From: Eledone cirrhosa
Taxonomy: Eukaryota
Reading direction: 5' to 3'
Length of the DNA: 64,000 nt
NCBI GenBank assembly: GCA_964016885.1
Contig: OZ024740.1
Span: 442,308,001 to 442,372,000, forward strand
Shown: positions 39,830 through 57,787 of the stretch, piece by piece
Position numbering within the stretch: the first letter of the stretch is position 1
Layout of the letters: each line of letters starts with the position of its first letter
The notes under the pieces: model-generated
What the model was told of the DNA's origin: nothing
The model's input: the letters and a program-made list of their open reading frames with translations, nothing else
Databases searched by the model: none
Translations under genes and position numbers: made by a program

Positions 39830-40374
39830 CGTGTGTGTGCGTGTGTGTGCGTGTGTGTGTGTGTGAGTTTGTGTTTATTTATATGCAAGTATGTGTTGGT
39901 CCTGTTGTATCTGACGCTTTCTATTAATCTTTCATTTTGCCCCTCCTCCCCTTAATTCCCCGACCCCTATCCCTATCCCTCTGTCCATTCCTTCCTCTCC
40001 TACTTGCCTTTAGCACATGTACTTACTCTTATAGAAAGAAAATAAATAAAAAACAGAAAAATAAACAACAAAAATAGATAAAAATCCAACAGAAACAACA
40101 AAGAAACGTCAAAAACACGAACAAAATACTCCTTCTTCCAAAGTTTCTTTCATTTTCCTCTTCAGTATTTTTCCGTTTGGTTTAACCGAGACTGAGAGGG
40201 AAATGTTTAATAAAACCAACAACATAACCAATGGAAACATTTGAAGATAAATTGCTTTTTCAACAAAACTCTGTTGTTTTCAGTTTATTTTATTGGGTTT
40301 TAAACTAAATTGTTTCTTAAACGTAGATAAAAGTAAATGTTCGAGCTTTTATTTTTTTAAATTTTAGAACACAT

Positions 40375-40504
<130 letters not shown>

Positions 40505-40737
40505 AGGGGGGCAGGTATGAGAGGTGAACATGTTTACCTATATATAAGTATATATATATATAAGTATATATATATATATGTGTGTGTATATGTATATAAT
40601 GTATATATATATATAGAGAGAGGGGGGTAGAGAGAAAGAGAGAGAGATACATACATCTATACATCTATATATATTGTGTCCTAAAATTAAAAAAAATTAA
40701 AACACAAACATTCAGTTTCTTTCTTTCTCTCTCTATC

Positions 40738-40819
<82 letters not shown>

Positions 40820-41238
40820 ATCTTCAACTGTATCGTTACCAGATCATAGTTTTTCCAGGCACTTCCTTTTTGTGAATTGTTAGCTTTAAAGTTTAGGGAG
40901 AGGTAAAACTGTTCAGGTTTCTTTAAGGAAAATCTTTACTTATTTATTTAAAACTCGATTTAAATAAAATCCATCATCGGGTTTTGATCTTGCAATTATA
41001 TCCCTACATTTTTTATATACATTTTTTATGAGTAGATTGTATGTATGTAGAGTGTGTGAACATATGTGTGTATCCATGTGTGTGTATATATATATATATG
41101 TAGAATGTGTGAACATGTGTGTATTCATGTGTGTGTATATATATATATGTAGAATGTGTGAACATGTGTGTATTCATGTGTATATATATATATACTCACA
41201 CATGAATACACACATACGTTAACACACACTCTCTCTCT

Positions 41239-41275
<37 letters not shown>

Positions 41276-41304
41276 AACAAAAATTACACACACTTCACAC
41301 ACAC

Positions 41305-41426
<122 letters not shown>

Positions 41427-41834
41427 TGTGAAGTGTGTGTGTGTGTGGGAAGTGTGTGTAATTTTTGTTTATTCATGTATATATATATGTATATATATAT
41501 ATACATCTAGTGGTAGAACACTGGAAGGTAATATCCGTAGTGGTAGAGCACTCAGTCCATGGGGGAGTTAGGTAGTAGTATATGAATATATATATAAATA
41601 TATATATATGTGTGCGTGTGTGTGTGTATGTGTATGTGTGTGTGTGTGTATGTGTGAATTGTGTGTATATATGTGTGTATTTATCTGTGTATATATATGT
41701 ATGTAAAGTGTGTGTTTGTTTATTCATGTATATATATATATTATATATAGCGCTTGCCACACATTTGCCACACATCTCGGAAATTGTTTTTCGCTAATTC
41801 CAAAGCCGAAATACGATTCTCGCTAATTTATATT

Positions 41835-41880
<46 letters not shown>

Positions 41881-42121
41881 ATGTGTGTATGTGTGTATGT
41901 ATTCATGCGACTTTTGTGTGGACTACCTTCTGTTTGTGCATGTAAACATATATTTGCTGAAGAAGTTATATCCGAATTGATGACATATTGAACAGGTTAG
42001 CAGTCCTGAGTTCAAATCTGTTATGCCAGCCCTTAATTCTCGCTCATCTGAAGTTGGTCCTTTAGAAATATTTGGAAGTTTTATCCTGAATTCCTAGAAA
42101 ACGTCTCCAGTGAACACTTCC

Positions 42122-42306
42122 GGGGTGGATTGGCAGTATCAGTAGAGGGTCGGACGCCATGCTTTGACGCATAGAGTTGCGGCCCTTGCCATTCTGAGTT
42201 CAAATCCCGCCGAGGTTAACTTTGCCTTTCATCCTTACGGGGTCGATAAAATAAAGTACCAGTAATACACTGGGTAATTGCTGGCTTTGTGCCAAAAGTA
42301 GAAACA
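42122..42306 (+). mobile_element. Meta-like SINE
   Basis: ggtggattggcagtatcagtagag..gagttcaaatcccgccgaggttaactttgcctttcatccttacggggtcgataaaataaagtaccag. Confidence 0.85.
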
Positions 42307-42634
42307 ATTATTCTGTAGAAATTACTATTTGGTTTCAAGTGCAACAAATCCATTCGTCGGAGGACACGAGTGAATGTTTATTCTGAGGTAACTATAATAA
42401 GTTAGGGCAAGAATTGCGTGTGTGTGTGTGTGTATGTGTGTTTAGGGGGTCAATCTTACAAAGCCTTGTATTTTACTGCTACTTTATGTTATCGATCTCA
42501 AACTGACCGTGGTCAGATTTGGACTCAGAACGTAAATATTCGGACCAAATACTGGTGAACATTTGTATGACGCTCTATCGACCAACATGTAGCTGGAGGT
42601 ATAAATTGTGGAGGTGTAGATGTTGTTATAATGC

Positions 42635-42635
<1 letters not shown>

Positions 42636-42673
<38 letters not shown>

Positions 42674-42812
42674 TTCTTCTTCTTCTTCTTCTTCTTCTTC
42701 TTCTTCTTCTTCTTCTTCTTCTTCTTCTTCTTCTTCTTCTTCTTCTTCTTCTTCTTCTTCTTCTTCTTCTTCTTCTTCTTCTTCTTCTTCTTCTTCTTCT
42801 TCTTCTTCTTCC
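42636..42812. repeat. (CTA)n(CTT)n microsatellite
   Basis: Directly visible. Confidence 0.95.
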
Positions 42813-42932
42813 TGAGAGGGTGGTAGTGGTGGGTGGTGGTGGGGGTTTGGCAGTCCTCAAACACTCCCTCTAGCGAGTCTTGTCAGAAACAACCATCTCC
42901 AACTGATCCGGCTGGATCCCATTTATTACATA

Positions 42933-43820
42933 CTAGCAGTGGTACTCGGAGTTGCACAGGATAAGGTATTTTGGAACGCGGGCCGCCAACAGACCTAATC
43001 GTGGAAAAACTGCATGCCTGGACAATATGTAAATAAACCGAATGCTCTGATAGCTGGATAATTTTTAAGATTTTTCTCGATGAAGCAGGAAAAATGCAGG
43101 TTTTCACCTAATGCGGGATCAAGAAAATGAATTTTTTTATGTGCATAATATGCCTTGAAATATAGGGAAAATCGGCTTGACGTAACGCCTTTAAAAAGCC
43201 CTAAAAAGCTGAAAAAAATGACGTTTTTCAACTAATGCGAGCCCTAGGCCATAAAAAGTTGGATTTTCTTTGCTCACGGTATGAAGAAGAGACTGACTAA
43301 TACATAGTTACAATTTCAAAGAAATCGGTCTGACGTAACGCCTCAAAAAACCCCATAAAAAGCTTAAAAAACGCAGTGTTTCCCCTAATGCGGGCCCTAG
43401 GAAATAAAGAAGTTGACTTTTTTATGTGAATAACACTCCCTGAAACATAAGTAGTACACATGTAAAGTTTGAAAAAAATCGGTTGGGTACTTCTCGAGTT
43501 TTATGGATTCAAACTCACACACACACATCATCATCAGGGAAGTGACGTAATGCAGACAGCCAGACATACAGACAGATATTATAAGGGCGTGACGTTATAT
43601 GTATGTATCTATCTAAAAAGAGAAAGACTAAGAATTATAGAGAGAGATCGTTAAATCGTCTAAGGCATTGAAAATTTGAAATTCTTTTTGCTCAGAACAC
43701 TCCCTGAAACATAAGTATTACATGTGTAAAGTTTGAAAACAGTGGTTGGGTGCTTCTCGAGTTTTAGGGATTCAAACTCACACACACACAGACAGACATC
43801 CTCAGTTTTATATATATAGA
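42933..43820 (-). mobile_element. Non-autonomous Helitron
   Basis: Minus strand: A|TCTATATATATAAAAC...(GTCT/GT)n ... GC-rich subterminal segment ...CTAG|T; internal imperfect tandem repeats. Confidence 0.75.
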
Positions 43821-44638
43821 TACCTGAGAAATTCTAGATTAGCTAACCTTGGGTTTTATAATCAGTTTAATTATGTTGTCATAACATCCTCATATTTCTC
43901 CAGTTTTGGTCGTTAAAACATATCCATGCATTATCTGGAAAATATAATCGTGTTAAGAATGTTTCCAAATTTTGTCAATACGTAACTTTTCATTAGAACT
44001 CTTTTTTTTTTAGTAACATAGAAAGTTTTAAACACAACCTATAGTCACGATGTAGCCGCATTACTTACTGGGAATTAGTCTATCGTTTTTTAGATAAACA
44101 TACAAAACAAATTTAATATGAAAGAGCTAGAAACATATATTGAAATCATTTTTCATCTTTATCTTTTTATTAATTCTGTTTCTCTCCGGAACAAGTCGCT
44201 AGGACTAAAGAAATGTTAGTTTCTTTTTTAATAGACAAAGAAACACTATTTCACTAGGGAAGAGTAACGGGAAATTGCGATGCTGATGCTTTTCCCCAAA
44301 TCATTAGTAACAAAAGTGAATTGAAATTACTCTCTCTACTCGGCTTAACTCTGATTGTATGATAAACAATAGAAGACGGACAAACAATTTGATTTTTTTT
44401 CATTTCTATTAGCAACACAAAACAGGAAGAAATTTCGGTCTTACAAGTTGTGAGTCTCACGACTTGGAATGGCTCTTCCAACGCGTCTCCCTCACCATCC
44501 TCCGGGAAAACACCTTCTCTACCCTGTCCACTAGACCACGGGGTGGCCGGCACGTGGGCTACCATTTGTATATAATAGTGAGAGATGGAGAGAGCGAGAG
44601 AGAGAGACTGAGGCAGTGAGTGGAAGAGAGAGAACATC

Positions 44639-44693
<55 letters not shown>

Positions 44694-45682
44694 TATATAT
44701 ATAATTCTAAATATTTCTAACTCAGTTGTTTCATATAAGTCCATAGTTTCCGAAATTTTAAACTAATCTATCGAGGATTACAATTTGAAGTTCTACGTCA
44801 GAAAAATGGAAAACTATTCAGAAATATATAAAGTTAGGCCAAACAACTGTTTTTTGTCTTTATTTCAACAGAAGATCAAAACTAATCCTGATCTGAACAA
44901 ACAAACAAAATCAACCAGGGATCAATCCTTAAAAACCTGTATAAATATATTTTTTTCCTGAAATGTTAGTCAGTGATTTTAATGTAAAGATAAAATAATT
45001 TTACTGCTCAGGTGATGAAGGTTGTTTAGGGCGGGAGGAGGATGGAGTTAGTTTCGTGCAAAAAGAAAATACGAGTAAATAAAGCAACCGACTGCATCAA
45101 TAGATTTTCTGTTTATTGTATTGCATTTCATCAATCAATATCTACCGTGGGGACTATTAAAAACTTATATTTTTTACAACTGTTTTACAATATGATAGTT
45201 GCCCGTTGTGTGAAGGTTTTCAACTGATTATGAGGTGTTTCTGCTTCGCGCTCAACCCTGCAATCACAAATTGTTTATTTATACGGAAGAATAATTCAAA
45301 GAAAAAGAAAACACAATTCAAATTTTCAAAATGCAATAGCAACAAGTTTTACTCAATAAAATTTTTAAATATTTTATATTTATCCTAAAAATGCTTTGTA
45401 TATACTCCTAGTTATATATTGAGGTGTTTAAACTTTGATCGCTCTACAGAGCAAATGAGATGGTGTTTGTATATTTATTGTGACTCTATAGTCTTATCAT
45501 TGTTACTGGTTACGTCACAATATTAACTCTTTTGATACAAAAAACTACCTGAAACCACCTCTGCTTCTACAATGCAAAACTGTTTTAGTGTTTATATTTA
45601 GCTAAAAATACTTGGATCATGATATTCAGTCAGAACCTTCGTTAAGTTACACCCTAAACACTAGATTAATAATGTTTTCTAA

Positions 45683-45878
45683 ATACAAGGCCGGCAATTT
45701 GTAGGGAGAAGAAAGTTGATGGAATCGACCCCAGTATTTCACTGGTCCTTTATTTTATCGACCCCAGAAAGATGAAGGGTAAAGTTGACATCAGCGGTAT
45801 TTGAACTCAGAACGTAAAAATACTAAATGCCACGAAGCACATTGTCCGACGCTCTACCGATTCTGCCAATCCACCGGC
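45683..45878 (-). mobile_element. Meta-like SINE
   Basis: tttattttatcgacccc..gatgaagggtaaagttgac..tttgaactcagaacg..ctgccaatccacc. Confidence 0.75.
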
Positions 45879-46296
45879 CAAAGCACCAAATTAATTATGA
45901 GGAACTTAATTATATTATTTTATCATTCTTCCTTATTTTCAAAATTATGTCAAAACCTTAAGCAGTGTCTTTCACTAGAAATATGGTAACGGAATGTTTA
46001 AACAAATAATGTGGGACCTTCTTTTAAATACGTTTCCTAATACTTCTCTCGTAATGCATAAATATCTTCTTCAATCTATATAATCTATTTAGAAGAGAAT
46101 TGGAGTAACCCCATGATTAAGAAAATAGTGTCTTCAAACACCGTATCTTTAAACAACTCGTATATCAATTAATGCTACATTCCAAGTCTCTAATAATAGG
46201 AATTTCAAAGTCTATAACCTCATAAAGATGTTAGATAACATGTTTGATAGGCTTCTAAAACAGTCTATATACTTCCCACCATTAATATAGAGAAAA

Positions 46297-46573
<277 letters not shown>

Positions 46574-46802
46574 TGAGCAAAAATTTGCCAAAACTACTAC
46601 TATAGTTCATAGTAATAGTCCGGCTACTGATTAACCTCGATGTCACGTGATTGATTCTTTTGAATTATCCACCGACCAAGTAGGCAGTAATTTTTTTCAA
46701 TGTCTTGGAATTTAGTCCTCGCTTGCTTTTTTCCATCCACTGAATTATTTTTGTATAAGTTCCCTGTGTCCACGCATCGCCTGGGAACTTAGCTGAGAAT
46801 TG

Positions 46803-46852
46803 ACTTCCTGATGACGAAAGGTATTCCCTTTCAGAAACTAATTAGTTGGAGT
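46803..46852 (+). ncRNA. Type I hammerhead ribozyme
   Basis: ACTTC, CTGATGA, C-GAAAGG tattc CCTTTC-A, GAAA, palindromic CTAATTAG, TT, GGAGT; element ~46570-46904 between (TA)n tracts. Confidence 0.8.
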
Positions 46853-46900
46853 GAAATTTTAGTAAGTAAGTTAATTTTTATAATTTTCTTATTTTACGTC

Positions 46901-49604
<2,704 letters not shown>

Positions 49605-49707
49605 ATATATTTCCAAGAGATGTCAACATGAATGGACCTGTTATTTTCATCTAAAGACATTTTTTCCAATTCCAACACGCCTCAATCTATCTTATTTCTC
49701 ATTCTTT

Positions 49708-49741
49708 CTTTTGATGAAGGACTAGCGTCCGAAACGTTAAG
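49708..49741 (+). ncRNA. Minimal PLE-type hammerhead ribozyme (U3 variant)
   Basis: CTT, TTGATGA-A, GGAC tagc GTCC, GAAA, CG, TT, AAG; element ~49610-49828 between (TA)n tracts. Confidence 0.7.
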
Positions 49742-49865
49742 GCCCTCTTCCTGCTATTTCAAGCGTTAACCTAATATATTCTTTCCATATACTGTACCTA
49801 TTGTGTTGTTTTTCTGTTTACCTTTTACATATATATATGTATATATATATGTGTGTGTATATATA

Positions 49866-50042
<177 letters not shown>

Positions 50043-51007
50043 ATATATCCCTCTCTATTTCTCTGAAAGAAATCTGCTGTATTCAGACCTGGAGAGGAGA
50101 TGGGCTCCGCCAGGTTTAAAAATGCACCAGAAACTCTGCATTTCAATATGGCGTCCCTACGACTCCCCGAGGAGTTACAGGACCATACAATATAGATAAA
50201 ACTCTTCTATTTTCTTTCCATAATAGTAATCATGCATATATCAGGTGATTTAAATTGATAATTATTTTAATTATTCTTACCAATCACCAAATAACATCTG
50301 GTTATCTCATTGAAATGAAGATATTTAAAAAAAAATGTAATGTTATGTTTCTAAAGTCCAAAGAAATAAAGAAAACGTGTTACTGGTCAAGCCAAGAGGG
50401 AAAGGAAGAGGAACTATCAGAGATGTTATATTCAATTTCGCCATTTCTCTACCTTCTGCTACAAAGAACACATATTGGCAATATTATAGTTACTAGTTAA
50501 ATTGTGATAACGAAATATATTAATGTTTGTTAGTTTTTCTTTTGGTTTTAGTAGTTATCTTAAGGCAAAGTGTGTTGCTAGTTGTCCTGGCATGAAGCAG
50601 TATTCGTTTAGCGACAAACTATTAGCTCAATATTGCTGTAATCGACGTTAGCAATTCACTTATAGCAGAGAAATTGAATTCTGTTTTGAGATGAACCTTA
50701 TTTATATAGCCTCAAGAGAAGAAATCATATTGAGCTATATTAAAAGTGTCTGTACATGAGCACATCAACTAAATGTAAATTTATGTGAATACAGTTACAA
50801 ATGGGTGAGTGTTTGTATGATAGAATCAGATATAATACGTTTCAAATTCATAGGAAAAAGTGAGAAGTTGTAAGTTTAGATTCAACTGAGAGATAACTGT
50901 GATTACTTTGTAGGAAAATACTTTACCATAACAACTTTATTTTAAACGTATTTAATAGTTATCTGTCCTCCATGTTGTTTATTCCCTACACCACAATATT
51001 AAGGATA

Positions 51008-54000
51008 TACGAGGGGATGTTGAAAGGTTCCTGGCTTTGGGTAAAAGAAAATATAGGAGGATCAGTTAGAAGACAATACTGGAGGATCAGTTAGAAGACA
51101 GGAGGATCAGTTACAAGACAATACTGGAGGATCAGTTACAAGACAGGAGGATCAGTTACAAGACAATACTGGAGGATCAGTTACAAGACAGGAGGATCAG
51201 TTACAAGACAATACTGGAGGATCAGTTACAAGACAGGAGGATCAGTTACAAGAAAATACTGGAGGATCAGTTACAAGACAATACTGGAGGATGAGTTAGA
51301 AGACAGGAGGATCAGTTACAAGACAATACTGGAGGATCAGTTACAAGACAGGAGGATCAGTTACAAGACAATACTGGAGGATCAGTTACAAGACAATACT
51401 GGAGGATCAGTTAGAAGACAGGAGAATCAGTTACAAGACAGGAGGATCAGTTACAAGACAATACTGGAGGATCAGTTAGAAGACTGGAGGATCAGTTACA
51501 AGACAATACTGGAAGATCAGTTACAAGACAGGAGGATCAGTTACAAGACAATACTGGAGGATCAGTTAGAAGACAGGAGGATCAGTTCCAAGACAATACT
51601 GGAGGATCAGTTACAAGACAGGAGGATCAGTTACAAGACAATACTGGAGGATCAGTTACAAGACAGGAGGATCAGTTACAAGACAATACTGGAGGATCAG
51701 TTAGAAGACAGGAGGATCAGTTACAAGACAATACTGGAGGATCAGTTAGAAGACAGGAGGATCAGTTAGAAGACAATACTGGAGGATCAGTTAGAAGACA
51801 GGAGGATCAGTTACAAGACAATACTGGAGGATCAGTTAGAAGACAGGAGGATCAGTTACAAGACAATACTGGAAGATCAGTTACAAGACAGGAGGATCAG
51901 TTACAAGACAATACTGGAGGATCAGTTACAAGACAGGAGGATCAGTTACAAGACAATACTGGAGGATCAGTTAGAAGACTGGAGGATCAGTTACAAGACA
52001 ATACTGGAGGATCAGTTACAAGACAGGAGGATCAGTTACAAGACAATACTGGAGGATCAGTTAGAAGACAGGAGGATCAGTTCCAAGACAATACTGGAGG
52101 ATCAGTTACAAGACAGGAGGATCAGTTACAAGACAATACTGGAGGATCAGTTAGAAGACAGGAGGATCAGTTACAAGACAATACTGGAGGATCAGTTAGA
52201 AGACAGGAGGATCAGTTAGAAGACAATACTGGAGGATCAGTTAGAAGACAGGAGGATCAGTTACAAGACAATACTGGAGGATCAGTTAGAAGACAGGAGG
52301 ATCAGTTACAAGACAATACTGGAGGATCAGTTACAAGACAGGAGGATCAGTTACAAGACAATACTGGAGGATCAGTTAGAAGACAGGAGGATCAGTTACA
52401 AGACAATACTGGAGGATCAGTTAGAAGACAGGAGGATCAGTTACAAGACAATACTGGAGGATCAGTTAGAAGACAGGAGGATCAGTTACAAGACAATACT
52501 GGAGGATCAGTTACAAGACAGGAGGATCAGTTACAAGACAATACTGGAGGATCAGTTAGAAGACAGGAGGATCAGTTAGAAGACAATACTGGAGGATCAG
52601 TTACAAGACAGGAGGATCAGTTACAAGACAATACTGGAGGATCAGTTAGAAGACAGGAGGATCAGTTACAAGACAATACTGGAGGATCAGTTACAAGACA
52701 GGAGGATCAGTTACAAGACAATACTGGAGGATCAGTTACAAGACAATACTGGAGGATCAGTTACAAGACAGGAGGATCAGTTACAAGACAATACTGGAGG
52801 ATCAGTTAGAAGACAGGAGGATCAGTTACAAGACAATACTGGAAGATCAGTTACAAGACAGGAGGATCAGTTACAAGACAATACTGGAGGATCAGTTACA
52901 AGACAATACTGGAGGATCAGTTACAAGACAATACTGGAGGATCAGTTACAAGACAGGAGGCTCAGTTACAAGACAATACTGGAGGATCAGTTACAAGACA
53001 ATACTGGAGGATCAGTTACAAGACAGGAGGATCAGTTACAAGACAATACTGGAGGATCAGTTAGAAGACAGGAGGATCAGTTACAAGACAATACTGGAAG
53101 ATCAGTTACAAGACAGGAGGATCAGTTACAAGACAATACTGGAGGATCAGTTACAAGACAATACTGGAGGATCAGTTACAAGACAATACTGGAGGATCAG
53201 TTAGAAGACAGGAGGATCAGTTACAAGACAATACTGGAGGATCAGTTACAAGACAATACTGGCGGATCAGTTACAAGACAGGAGGATCAGTTACAAGACA
53301 ATACTGGAGGATCAGTTAGAAGACAGGAGGATCAGTTACAAGACAATACTGGAAGATCAGTTACAAGACAGGAGGATCAGTTACAAGACAATACTGGAGG
53401 ATCAGTTACAAGACAGGAGGATCAGTTACAAGACAATACTGGAGGATCAGTTAGAAGACTGGAGGATCAGTTACAAGACAATACTGGAGGATCAGTTACA
53501 AGACAGGAGGATCAGTTACAAGACAATACTGGAGGATCAGTTACAAGACAGGAGGATCAGTTACAAGACAATACTGGAGGATCAGTTACAAGACAGGAGG
53601 ATCAGTTACAAGACAATACTGGAAGATCAGTTAGAAGACTGGAGGATCAGTTACAAGACAATACTGGAGGATCAGTTACAAGACAGGAGGATCAGTTACA
53701 AGACAATACTGGAGGATCAGTTAGAAGACAGGAGGATCAGTTATAAGACAATACTGGAGGATCAGTTACAAGACAGGAGGATCAGTTACAAGACAATACT
53801 GGAAGATCAGTTACATGACAGGAGGATCAGTTACAAGACAATACTGGAAGATCAGTTACAAGACAGGAGGATCAGTTACAAGACAATACTGGAGGATCAG
53901 TTAGAAGACAGGAGGATCAGTTACAAGACAATACTGGAGGATCAGTTAATTATAATTTTATTCAATATATTCCTCTCTCAGATTCACACACTTATTACAG

Positions 54001-54076
54001 TAGTCCTACCTCCCCTGTAAAGGTAACATCTCTACCCTTTCCATTAAAGGCAGGATCTTTTCAGCGCCCTTTCGTA
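51008..54076. mobile_element. Tc1/mariner-type MITE with internal minisatellite
   Basis: Left end TA-cgaggggatgttgaaaggttcctggcttt; reverse complement of right end TA-cgaaagggcgctgaaaagatcctgccttt; TA target-site duplication. Confidence 0.75.
51055..53948. repeat. Minisatellite of 20-bp and 25-bp units (mostly 45-bp dimers)
   Basis: ggaggatcagttacaagaca with or without atact, repeated over ~2.9 kb. Confidence 0.97.
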
Positions 54077-54549
54077 TAAACTATTTGTCTTCACAATCAG
54101 GCAACCAAAATACGGTACAGAATGATTTTTCAATGAAATACGGAGGTGATCTCCGAAAACCACAAAGCTACAGAATGATTTCCCCTCTCTTGAAAAATAT
54201 CAGTCTTCTCTAAAAACCAGTTGTAATAAAAAAGGATATTAACATCCTATAAATCGTAGGGCCAGTAGTGTTTGAATATTTCTGTCAATATGTTACTCGA
54301 TGTTGTACACTGAAATGTCTAGCAAATGGTCATCATCACTAGGATGGTTTTTTTTAACATTCTTCCTTTCAATTTGTTGCCCAAAGAGTAAATATTTTTA
54401 GGATAAACATACAGGCAAAAACAACCTAAAATAGTTTTTCTTGTCGCTTTCAGTATAGAGACAACAAAAACAAAAACATCTTCCTTGTTAAAATGTAAAA
54501 ATTATTTTCTATCTATCTGTCTATCTATCTGTCTGTCTGTCTGTCCCCC

Positions 54550-54635
<86 letters not shown>

Positions 54636-55009
54636 AACTTTCTATCTATATATATCTGCCTGTCTATATCGATCCTTCTATCCCCCCCACTCCCATCTCT
54701 CTATCTAGTTTCCTATCTAACCCTCAATCTACCGTCTCTAACACAAGTGACCACATAACTCTTCTCTGCTTTAAATGTCAGTTGGATGTCCATGTACCTT
54801 TTTTCTTTTACATATTTTTTGCTAGTAAAACTAATCTAATTGAGTTTCACAAAGCCAGTCTCTGTACATGGTTCACACGAGAATAACGTTGCATTCTGAA
54901 ATAGCTTTAAGCAATCTTTTCTACGTTTCCAAAGAGATTCAGCAGCCAATCGAGGCAAATGTGAAATGGTGGTCGAGCTACAACCGAGATTGCTTAAAGC
55001 CACAAACTT

Positions 55010-55331
55010 ATGATGATGATAGTGATGATGATGATGGTGATGATGATAGTGGCGATGATGGTGATGATGGTGATGAAGGTGATGGTGATGGTGATGATGA
55101 TGGTGGTGATGATGGCGATGATGGCGATGATGGTGATGGTGATGATGGTGATGGTGATGGTGATGGTGATGATGGTGGTGGTGATCATGATGGTTATGGT
55201 GATGGTTATGATGATGGTGATGAAGATGGTGATGGTGATGGTGGTGGTTATGATGATGGTGTTGATGAAGATGATGATGATGATGATGGCGATGATGAAG
55301 ATGATGATGATGATGATGGCAATGATGGTGT

Positions 55332-55369
<38 letters not shown>

Positions 55370-55400
55370 GTGGTGATGATGACGACGACAATGATAATAA
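55010..55400. repeat. (GAT/GGT)n trinucleotide repeat
   Basis: Directly visible. Confidence 0.95.
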
Positions 55401-55724
55401 TAAGAAGAAAAACAACAACACCACCAACAACAACAATAATACATTGCGGTAGCAAGTGTAGAAGTAATAACAACACCAACAACATTCATTTTAGTAGTTA
55501 CAAAAAATAATAATAATAACAATGATGATGATGATGATAATAATAATAATAATAATCGATATAGGAAAAAGAGAAAAAGAGTTGGATGTTGTGAAAGGAG
55601 ATGTGTTATTTTTTGGACTTTATGGCAGAATATGTTTGTTGTTATAGTTAGAGTCTTTTGCGCTACATAGGTATTTGATGTTATAAGAAGATGGGATTGC
55701 TAGGCGGAGCAGTTAATCCATGAT

Positions 55725-56355
<631 letters not shown>

Positions 56356-56800
56356 GCATTATATGGATATAGACAAGATAAAATGCAGAGATAAATAAAA
56401 GGTGAACAAAATATAGAAAAAACTGAAGGACAATTTTTTAGTTTTGTTTTTTTACGTGACCAGTGGGGATAATATGGTAGTAATGTTGATGATGATAGTG
56501 ATGTTAACAACGACGACGATGTTAATGATGATGGTGCTGATGATGATAAGAAAGTAGTGATGTTGACGATGACGATGTTGATGCTACTGATGATGATAAT
56601 GATGATGATAAGATGGTAGTGATGTCAAAATGATGGAAGCCATAACATAAGTCTATGGCCTTAGATGATGTTACCACTTGCTAGTCATAGAAACAAGAAA
56701 TAGATCAACTTTAAAGATAGTTTGTCTTTAAAACTTTCCCAGCTTTCTCATATTTTTCTCTCACAGTAATATGTTTAATATAATTTTTTACTTTACTTTT

Positions 56801-57318
56801 GGCACAAGGCCAGCAATTATACCACTGTATTACTGGTACTCTGTTTTATCGACCCCGTAAGGACGAACGGCAAAGTTAACCTCGGCGGAATTTGAACTCA
56901 GATTATAAAGGGCCGTAACTCTTTTCTGCAAGGCATGGCGTCCGACCCTCTACCGATACTGCCATATAATAACACTTTCTGATCTAGGGATAAGGTTAAC
57001 AAGGTTTTTGTGTGGGAGGTGGATGTCTATTAAATTCACTCCAGTGTATTACTGGTATTTTACTTTATCGATCTCGTAATGATGAAAGGCAAAGCGAACC
57101 TCGGTGGGATATGAACCCAGAACGTAAAGGGCCGTAACTCTATACCGCGAAGCAGGGTGTCCGACGTTCTACTGATTCTGCCAATCCACCGCCCTTAACA
57201 ACAACAACAATAATAATCGTTTCTACTTTAGGCACAAGGCCAGCAATTTGAAGGGAGGGGAAAGTCGATTAGATCGACCCCAGTGCGTGACAGGTACTTT
57301 ATTTTATCGACCCCGTAA
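56801..57318 (-). mobile_element. Three tandem Meta-like SINE copies (third truncated)
   Basis: ggcacaaggccagcaa..actggtac..ttttatcga.c.cgtaa at ~56801, ~56985 and ~57230. Confidence 0.8.
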
Positions 57319-57787
57319 AGTTAGTTACATCCATTAATTTTATTGTGTTCTACTTGCCTGCGTGTATATATGTATATATATATATAAATACACGCAGCGA
57401 GAAGCGAGAAGCGAAAACCAACCAAACAATGAGTGTGTTCTGTTAGAAATGAATGGAATAACAACAACACCCAAACAAACAACACTGACCTAAGAGAAGT
57501 ATAAATAAGTAAATAAAATAAAATAAATAAATAAATAAATAAATAAATACATACACAAGCACAATAACAACAAGCACATAAACACACACTAGTCACCCAT
57601 CACACAGCAAACAAAACACTATACACACACACGCAAACGCATGCGCAAAGAAGACAAAATAAAATAAACAAACAAGCAAATAAATAAATAAATATATAGA
57701 CAGACTGAATAAAAATGGCGTAGACATACAATACAACAGGAGGAAAATATAGCACCACTGACGCACACACACACACACACACACACA

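Noticed and set aside
40950-40986. CCGATGA motif with AAAAC/GTTTT flanks on the minus strand
   Set aside because: GAAA and stem II are missing; at most a heavily decayed hammerhead
51055-53948. CRISPR-like regular array
   Set aside because: No unique spacers and no cas genes; eukaryotic minisatellite
54850-55008. Possible RTE 3'-end relic before (GAT)n
   Set aside because: Similarity too faint to support by eye
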